From NCBI GenBank assembly GCA_051532055.1, contig JAOPTX010000004.1, positions 1 through 23,165 on the forward strand: 23,165 nt of DNA, read 5' to 3'. The notes under the pieces were generated by a model. It worked only from the letters and a program-made list of their open reading frames with translations, was not told the DNA's origin and searched no databases. The position numbers and the translations under genes are program-made. Positions 16,665 to 23,165 of this stretch are shown in pieces (position 1 is the first letter of the stretch; each line of letters begins with the position of its first letter). Source of the stretch: Fibrobacterales bacterium. Lineage in GTDB: Bacteria > Fibrobacterota > Fibrobacteria > Fibrobacterales > JAOPTW01.

Positions 16665-18926
16665 ATGAGAATGATTTTTGGGATTATTCTATCAGTTTTT
16701 AGTTTGGGTACCGTTACAGCAGATGAATTGTGTGAGCTGGAAGTTTCCAAATCTGTAGAGTGTATAGCACCATCAGATTTGAGGGGGGATACTCTTACTT
16801 TTAAAAATGCACTGACGAGAGTATCTCAATCGGGAGTGGTATTTTGCGCAGCTAAGGAATCTATTGCATTGAGTCAGACTGCAGTGCTCTACATGATCGA
16901 TCGATCGAGTGCTAACAATAATACTGATAAAAATAATAGTCGTATCAAAGATATCATAGCAAGTATTGAGTATCAGCGAAACCAGTATCCAAGCTCTTAT
17001 GTTGGCTTCATGGATTTTGCGGGATCTATAGGAGATGTATTTAATTTTACCCCTGTTGAAGATTTTGATGAATCAGGTATTAAAGTGTCAAAGAAAATGA
17101 ATGGGCGTGCATCTTATAATTCATTGGAGAGAGCCGGCGAACTAGTGACAGATTTTAAAGATGAAAATCCAGATATGAATGTGGTGATCTACTATATTAC
17201 CGATAAAGAGTCTTCAGAAAACCTTAATCGAATTACGAGAGGATTGAGTGGTGGAGATGCCTTCACCATTGATCCAGAAAATGGATTCGATACTTTTTAT
17301 ATGATTAACAGTGTTGCAACAAATGGTGCAACGTCAATGTTGGTAGTTTCGGGTGATACTCAAACAGCATCAATTGTGAATGATGGAAATAATGGAAATG
17401 ATAATAACATTTTCAACCGGATCTCAATTCCTGAATTTAACCTCCTTGAAGTGTTGAAATCAAATCTTGAAGTATCAATGAATCACTCTAAGCCAACTCA
17501 TGTGAAAATGATAAATAGGGATACGAAACAATCAGTGACGACTCAATCAATTGTCAAAAATGGAGAAGGCAATTGGGGCATTGAGTTATCTTCAGTTTTG
17601 CCTTTACAAGAAGGCTATAATACCCTTGAGTTCGAAGTGTCATATAATAATTGGACGACAGTTACTAAAACGGTAACAATAGATGTATTACCAAAAGGAA
17701 GGGTGGGTGATGCTCAGACAGATTTAGATGTTTTTGACCTAGAGTGTCATCAGCGATCAGCCCTTTCTTTTGTTAATAGTGATGAGGTAGTTATTACTTC
17801 TATTAACAAGTTGGAACCGCACGACCTTATCTTATATACTCATGATCACGCGCGCTCAAGTGAAATAGTGTTATTGGGAACTGGTAGCTCTTCTGATATG
17901 GAATTTTGGACGGTGGAGTATCTTCAATCTAAAGGTGTTTATAAGAGTGCACCGCAGATATCGTTTGACCTAAATGACGGTACTGAGGATAATAATACCA
18001 TTGAAGTAAATGATCCTGATGTCATTATGGCCTTTTGGAAGCATGCAGTTGATCCTCGTGATACCGCGTTTGCTCGATTGGTCTTTTCATCAAAAGAGGA
18101 ATTCGAATCAGGGGAGCTCAATGATTCACTACGTGATTCCATTTTGGATGAAATTTTGGGTGAAGGGGCATCTGATGAAAAAGAGACTCCATTCGTTGTA
18201 AATGATTCAGGGGAACTCGTCGTTCCTGGTGGCTCAATTAACGATGAAAAAGCATCTAAGGATTCTGATACTGAAAAAGAACATGTTGAGGATACACTTG
18301 ATGAAGGTGACAATGAGGATTCAACCCTTGGGAGTGAGCAAGTAGTTGTTGCAAGTGAGACGACCTTTTTAGATTATTCTAAAGACCCCACAGGTGATGT
18401 TTCTTATAGGGATGCTGATACTGAGTCTATGACTGTTGTGTCAAAACAAACTGAAGAAGGGATGTATACCTTCAATGAGAATACAAGAACCTTTGAACGA
18501 GTGTCGCCATCCGACATCGAGGAGGCTATTGGACAATTGATCTCGGTAGATATTGCCTATCCTGAAGGAGGGTCAATGGTATGGGATGCGATGACGACTA
18601 TTCAAATATCTTATTTTTCTACTGATTCTCAGTTTCTAAAATATTTCTCTTTTACTGATGTTGCTGAAGCAATGAAAGAGGGTGAAGAATCATCACATAT
18701 GCGCTATGTGTTTGAATGGCTCCCCACAATAGATACAAATGGTCATAGATATCTGACATTAGATAATGGGCGAAAAGTAGGTTCGGGAGTGATCATTATG
18801 CAAGTGAAGCAAACAGTAACATTTACGCTGCGGTATGATTTTAAGGAGAAAAAGAAAGGGACGAATAAATATCTTGAGAATACGAATGTATATACCTTTG
18901 GATATGCTCGTCCTGATGCTCAGTAA
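16665..18926 (+). CDS. Secreted protein with degenerate VWA-like domain, acidic linker and FlgD-like C-terminal module
   Basis: SD GAGGTG, then a signal peptide ending VTA|D. VWA-like strands are AVLYMIDRSSAN, YVGFMDFAG and VIYYITD. An acidic region precedes the tail YFSTDSQFL...FEW...DNGRKVGSGVIIM...TFGYARP. Confidence 0.72.
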   Translation: MRMIFGIILSVFSLGTVTADELCELEVSKSVECIAPSDLRGDTLTFKNALTRVSQSGVVFCAAKESIALSQTAVLYMIDRSSANNNTDKNNSRIKDIIASIEYQRNQYPSSYVGFMDFAGSIGDVFNFTPVEDFDESGIKVSKKMNGRASYNSLERAGELVTDFKDENPDMNVVIYYITDKESSENLNRITRGLSGGDAFTIDPENGFDTFYMINSVATNGATSMLVVSGDTQTASIVNDGNNGNDNNIFNRISIPEFNLLEVLKSNLEVSMNHSKPTHVKMINRDTKQSVTTQSIVKNGEGNWGIELSSVLPLQEGYNTLEFEVSYNNWTTVTKTVTIDVLPKGRVGDAQTDLDVFDLECHQRSALSFVNSDEVVITSINKLEPHDLILYTHDHARSSEIVLLGTGSSSDMEFWTVEYLQSKGVYKSAPQISFDLNDGTEDNNTIEVNDPDVIMAFWKHAVDPRDTAFARLVFSSKEEFESGELNDSLRDSILDEILGEGASDEKETPFVVNDSGELVVPGGSINDEKASKDSDTEKEHVEDTLDEGDNEDSTLGSEQVVVASETTFLDYSKDPTGDVSYRDADTESMTVVSKQTEEGMYTFNENTRTFERVSPSDIEEAIGQLISVDIAYPEGGSMVWDAMTTIQISYFSTDSQFLKYFSFTDVAEAMKEGEESSHMRYVFEWLPTIDTNGHRYLTLDNGRKVGSGVIIMQVKQTVTFTLRYDFKEKKKGTNKYLENTNVYTFGYARPDAQ

Positions 18927-18929
18927 ATG

Positions 18930-20669
18930 TTATTGAGGAGATGACGACGACGAAGACTCAGACGAAGATGATTCATACAGCTCTTCTCGTTCTTCACGAG
19001 GAAGCAGGCCTGTTTTGTAGTGCTCAACTTCCCACTCGATCTGTTCAAGAATGTTATTGGTGCGTCGAGGAAACCAAATTTTGAGGAGGTAATTTTGGGT
19101 GTCCTTCCAATGGTCCCATTGAGTGCGAGGTTCTTCTGGAGTTTTATTGTCTCCCCAGCGAGCCGACTCAGCAATGATGGCTGTTTCTATCTCTTCTGCT
19201 CTTTTAATGAGCATTGATGAGGCGATATCTTCGGTAAAGAGGCCGTCTTCATAAAATTCTTTATTGACCACTTCCATAAAATGTTCACGATATTCTTCAT
19301 TAAACATGAGATGTTTATGGAAGCCCATATCAGAATAGTGGAGGCGCTTAAAGTTATTCGTTTGAGAGTGCTCCATTACATGCTCGGCATCCCAAGTATG
19401 AAAACGCCACTTTCCTCTCTTATGTTGTGTTGCATACCAGTTGTTGGTGCCCCAGTCATTATTACCTATGTAGAGATGTACGAGTATATATTTTATGTAT
19501 TGGTCTATATCGAGTAGCTCAGTGACCGCTTCATAGTTATCATCATCAGATAGGTCTTTTTCTGCTCTTCTCCAGAGCTCTTGGAAGCTTTCGTTACTGC
19601 CGCTCACTATGTTGACCATTTTGTGTTTGATGACATTATAGTCGTTGTCATCACCGCCGAGGTAGGCTTCTGCAAAATCGTGGTCTGGGCGTTCGTGAAT
19701 ATAGTACATACCCCAATAAATTCCATTAAGGTAAAGGTGGGCGTAATTACCATGAGGGGCATAGCCACCAATGGCATTGTGTAAATCGGCAGCAAATTGA
19801 TCTCGCGCATAGTGTGCTCTTTTCCGCTGTGCTTCAGAAACAGCAAAAAAGGTGTTGTTGTGAGCGGCATCAAGAATGATACGTTGAAAACTTTCTAAAG
19901 GAGAATCATTAAAAAGTTTGTAATTAAGCTTTGAATATCCAGTTTCATCGCGAAAGGTTAATCTAAAAGAAAGCTTGTCCACTTTCCAACGCCTCACACT
20001 GGTGTTGCCAAAAATTTCTATGTGAGAGCGAACTGCAAATCCCTCTTTATCAAGAGAAAGATATTCAACAGAGACCTCTTTTTCGATGTTTTCTCCGGCA
20101 AGGTAAATGCCATTGGTACCAAACCAGTTGTTCCAGTCCATAGAAACAGAAAAGGTAGGAAGAGTCTGGAAGATACTCTCCTTTTCATCGGGCATTTCAT
20201 TCGCATCTATTATGCGGGGGTCCATTTCCCAATCGGGACCAGAGTGTCCCCATTCTTGATGATTGGGGACATCGTCTTCATTTTGTTCTAATACATCCTC
20301 AAGAAAAAAGTAACTATGGGTTATGATCTCTGAATTACGAACACATCCATTGTAAACTGCCGCTCGTACTATTGTCGTTGTGGAAATACGTATTGATTCA
20401 TCATACTCTGTGCCCGTTTCTGGAGTGGGTATTGCACCATCAGTAGTGTAATAGAGTTCGCCTTCTATTTCGGATTTCAGGGAAAGCTTGAATGAACTTG
20501 AGAAAAAACCCCGTTCTTTACTAAATGATATATCGAGTTCACCAAGGCTTGCCATTGGTGTTTGTTGAAAAACAGCACACGGTGTTGTCTCTTCACTTAT
20601 TATAGAGCCAAATGAAAAACATCCGCCCAATAGTAAAGAAAACAATAATATAACCGTTGTATAAAACAC
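18930..20669 (-). CDS. CotH kinase family lipoprotein with N-terminal CHB_HEX_C/Fn3-associated domain
   Basis: GTG start after AGGGG and a lipobox LLGG|C. FSKERGFF...LYYTTDGAIPT marks the CHB_HEX_C-like domain. CotH motifs are GNTS...KLSFRL, YLNGIYWGMY...ER, GNNDWGTNNW, WDAE and ESARWGD. The tail is Ser-rich. Confidence 0.9.
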   Translation of the reverse strand: MFYTTVILLFSLLLGGCFSFGSIISEETTPCAVFQQTPMASLGELDISFSKERGFFSSSFKLSLKSEIEGELYYTTDGAIPTPETGTEYDESIRISTTTIVRAAVYNGCVRNSEIITHSYFFLEDVLEQNEDDVPNHQEWGHSGPDWEMDPRIIDANEMPDEKESIFQTLPTFSVSMDWNNWFGTNGIYLAGENIEKEVSVEYLSLDKEGFAVRSHIEIFGNTSVRRWKVDKLSFRLTFRDETGYSKLNYKLFNDSPLESFQRIILDAAHNNTFFAVSEAQRKRAHYARDQFAADLHNAIGGYAPHGNYAHLYLNGIYWGMYYIHERPDHDFAEAYLGGDDNDYNVIKHKMVNIVSGSNESFQELWRRAEKDLSDDDNYEAVTELLDIDQYIKYILVHLYIGNNDWGTNNWYATQHKRGKWRFHTWDAEHVMEHSQTNNFKRLHYSDMGFHKHLMFNEEYREHFMEVVNKEFYEDGLFTEDIASSMLIKRAEEIETAIIAESARWGDNKTPEEPRTQWDHWKDTQNYLLKIWFPRRTNNILEQIEWEVEHYKTGLLPREEREELYESSSSESSSSSSPQ

Positions 20670-20947
20670 TTAAATAACCCCTATAGTTGTACTCTAAAAG
20701 TAGATTTAAAAATGAGACTGGGTTCGCCGCACCACTTTTATTTATGAGTATACCCTAAACTTTGTGCTAAATATCAAAAAAAAATAAAATTTCTCTACCC
20801 TTTATAGGCAATTTAAGGGTTTATCTGCTCACAGATTGTGAACGTTCTATGGGGTGGTCTAAGGTGTATTAGCCATAGAATAGGTGAGAAACCCCTTTTC
20901 CTATCCTGTTTTGTAAGGGATTATTTACTTTTGGGGCTTCATACTGT

Positions 20948-22645
20948 GTGGTGGTACAAGTGGTAAACTCTTCAATATTTAAGCCTATTCCTTTGGATGT
21001 TCTTGCTGAGCACCCCCTTCCAATGCGATTTACCTATCCATTTAATTATGAACCTCATCCATTAGCGGTCTATGCTGCTGATAGTTTACAGCATTATTTG
21101 ATTACTCAAACGGATTGGGAGCATGATTTTGGTATCGATACTGTTGTGGAAGATGAATATGCGGGTAAAATGTTTGGAGTATTATTAGTTCGAGATACCA
21201 ACGGAGTTGTTGGATATCTTTCAGGTTTCTCTGGTAAGCTTGCTGATAATCATTCGCATCCTGGTTTTGTCCCTCCGGTGTATGACCTCTATACTGTGGG
21301 TGGTTTTTATAAACAAGAGGAAGAGATAATTATCGCAATAAACAGAAAAGTTATTGCCTTAGAGTCTTCGGAAGAGTGGCAAGCTGCTCATACAGCGTTG
21401 ACTGATGCTTTAGAGACGAGTGCCGCTGAGCTCGCAGCTTGCCAGCAAATGCGAAAGCACGCAAAAAAAGAGAGGGCTCATGCACGCGAAGAGGCACGTA
21501 CTACACTCGATACTGTTGAATATGCCGCTTTAGAAGAACGTCTTGTAAATGAAAGCCTAAAACTTAAATATGATTTCAAAACGCTTCGGTCAGAGTGGGG
21601 AGTACGCAAACAAGAGGCGCAAGATCGAGTTGACCAACTAACAAAAGTGGTGACGGCATTAAAACAAGAACGCAAAAGCCGCTCCATTGCATTGCAACAA
21701 AAACTCTTTGATCAATATCAATTTCTCAATAGTAGGGGAGAGCTTCGAGGAGTGTGTGATATTTTTAAAGAGACACCCCAATTAACCCCTCCTTCGGGTG
21801 CTGGAGAATGTGCCGCTCCAAAACTGTTTCAGTATGCTTTTATTCATGGGTACACACCGATCGCACTTGCGGAATTTTGGTGGGGACAGTCCCCTCGCAC
21901 AGAGATCCGTAAGCATGCTCTGTTTTACCCATCATGTAAGGGGAAGTGCGAACCTATCTTGGGTCACATGCTTGATGGTATTACAATGGATCCTAATCCT
22001 GTATTGAGTATTACCGTTGCAGAGGAGGGACTTACGGTACTCTATGAAGATGATCAGATAGCACTGGTCAATAAACCTTCTGGGTTGCTCACCGCTCCAG
22101 GGAGAGAAATTGAAGATTCGGTGTATAGCAGAGCGCAGGCCCTGTACCCTGATGCTACCGGCCCATTGATGGTTCACCGGCTTGATATGGCCACCTCGGG
22201 GGTTTTGATTATTGCAAAAACAAAACTCGCCCATAAAGCGTTACAGCGTCAATTTTTGAAAAAAATGGTTAAAAAGCAGTATGCAGCAGTGCTCGAAGGC
22301 GATATAAAACAAGACTCGGGAGTTATTGAGCTCCCGCTCTGTTTTGATTATGATAACCGTCCTCGTCAGAAGGTGTGCTTTAAAGAGGGTAAACCAGCTA
22401 TAACTGAGTGGAAAGTGATAAAAAGAGAACAGGGGAGAACATGGGTCCATTTTTTCCCAATAACAGGGCGTACTCATCAACTGAGAGTGCATGCGGCCCA
22501 TACGCTTGGATTAAATCGTCCTATAGTTGGTGATATGCTCTATGGGTCAAAGGCTGATCGCCTCCATCTCCATGCAGAACATATTACTTTTATACATCCA
22601 ACCACCGGTGAATCGTTTTCATTTACCGAACCTGCCCCATTTTAG
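20948..22645 (+). CDS. RluA-family pseudouridine synthase, long form with N-terminal extension and coiled coil
   Basis: The catalytic domain has VNKPSGLL, VHRLDMATSG (catalytic Asp), KQYAA, TGRTHQLRVH, PIVGDMLYG and RLHLHA. The N-terminal RFTYPFNYEPHPL, GKMFGVL and GECAAPKL motifs mark the long subfamily. Confidence 0.93.
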   Translation: MVVQVVNSSIFKPIPLDVLAEHPLPMRFTYPFNYEPHPLAVYAADSLQHYLITQTDWEHDFGIDTVVEDEYAGKMFGVLLVRDTNGVVGYLSGFSGKLADNHSHPGFVPPVYDLYTVGGFYKQEEEIIIAINRKVIALESSEEWQAAHTALTDALETSAAELAACQQMRKHAKKERAHAREEARTTLDTVEYAALEERLVNESLKLKYDFKTLRSEWGVRKQEAQDRVDQLTKVVTALKQERKSRSIALQQKLFDQYQFLNSRGELRGVCDIFKETPQLTPPSGAGECAAPKLFQYAFIHGYTPIALAEFWWGQSPRTEIRKHALFYPSCKGKCEPILGHMLDGITMDPNPVLSITVAEEGLTVLYEDDQIALVNKPSGLLTAPGREIEDSVYSRAQALYPDATGPLMVHRLDMATSGVLIIAKTKLAHKALQRQFLKKMVKKQYAAVLEGDIKQDSGVIELPLCFDYDNRPRQKVCFKEGKPAITEWKVIKREQGRTWVHFFPITGRTHQLRVHAAHTLGLNRPIVGDMLYGSKADRLHLHAEHITFIHPTTGESFSFTEPAPF

Positions 22646-22849
22646 TTTTTTTATAGATAGGGGCCCGTTTTGGGTTTCTGGGGCCTTGGCGCCTTAATTT
22701 TGCAACACTTTATAAGCAGTTACTATAAATGTAGGGTTACGTTTCGATGTACACTAATCATCGGTGTGTAAAAATAAGGTATGTTACCTTTGTTGAGAGA
22801 GGGTGGTGGGGATACCTCTACGAGCCTCTCACATAAAACGGGGGTTATT

Positions 22850-23165
22850 ATGAACACAGCACACCATACATTTATTGCGTTACTGGTTACTTTTTTTACT
22901 TCATCTCTATTTGCACAATCACATACTCTATTTAATGAACAAGACTTAAGAGATGCGATTGTTTCGGGTGGGTCTTATGTACTTGAAAATGATATTACTC
23001 TCTCAGAGGATTTGCCGGTATTTGAAGATGGTGAATTTTTTGCATTAGAGGGACTCAAGAAACGAGATGCTCTCGGAGTAAATAAATATCGTATTAATTT
23101 TAATGGATTTGCTGGTTTTAATTATCCTGATACCACATCTCTTGATGTTGATTCTCTTTTATTTA
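22850..23165 (+). CDS. Secreted protein, N-terminal part (runs off the window); possible beta-helix/adhesin-type N-terminus
   Basis: GGGGG SD 5 nt before ATG and an open frame to the window end: MNTAHHTFIALLVTFFTSSLFA|QSHTLFNEQDLRDAIVSGGSYVLENDITLSEDLP... The L.DAI...Y.L.NDITL pattern resembles beta-helix caps. Confidence 0.72.
   Translation, partial: MNTAHHTFIALLVTFFTSSLFAQSHTLFNEQDLRDAIVSGGSYVLENDITLSEDLPVFEDGEFFALEGLKKRDALGVNKYRINFNGFAGFNYPDTTSLDVDSLLF

Noticed and set aside
18930..20669. CotH as evidence of sporulation
   Set aside because: CotH-family kinases are widespread in non-sporulating bacteria; this one is a lipoprotein with no sporulation genes nearby.
22659..22690. GC-rich stretch after rluA as a terminator
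   Set aside because: The stem is weak and ambiguous, and it lacks a following U-tract.
22687..22704. TGGC...TTGCA as a sigma54 promoter for the last gene
   Set aside because: The spacing is N9 rather than the strict N7.

Overview
Bacterial, AT-rich (about 40% GC by eye) chromosomal window with no rRNA, tRNA, CRISPR array or mobile element that I can see. It begins in the 3' end of rpsA and its terminator, followed by a zinc-finger/HTH/DUF2087 gene. Next comes a region rich in secreted and surface proteins: a 2027-aa repeat+VWA adhesin-like protein, a 1185-aa IgGFc-binding/Ig protein, a GH5-CBM6 glycoside hydrolase, a 753-aa degenerate-VWA protein and a CotH kinase lipoprotein. Interspersed are a 2-TM hypothetical, an atypical shikimate dehydrogenase-family gene and a long-form RluA. 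The window ends in another secreted protein (partial). Three of the large proteins share a C-terminal 'D..GQF...W......GR.V.SGV...G' module, and two also share an upstream 'D.[DN].DGHAD' module. With the poly-Ser linkers and CotH, this suggests a Fibrobacterota/FCB-group organism (inference, not verified). Best leads: (1) the shared C-terminal sorting/anchoring module carrying swappable N-terminal cargo; (2) a GTATTGTGAT-N5-ACACCA motif upstream of both paralogous genes; (3) dense D-[S/T]-hydrophobic sequons; (4) a CotH ectokinase next to Ser-rich candidate substrates; (5) an unannotated 52-aa ORF with a strong RBS and a sigma54-type promoter; (6) a deaminase-like Cys motif in the RluA extension. 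All family assignments come from motif recognition by eye; no searches were run.
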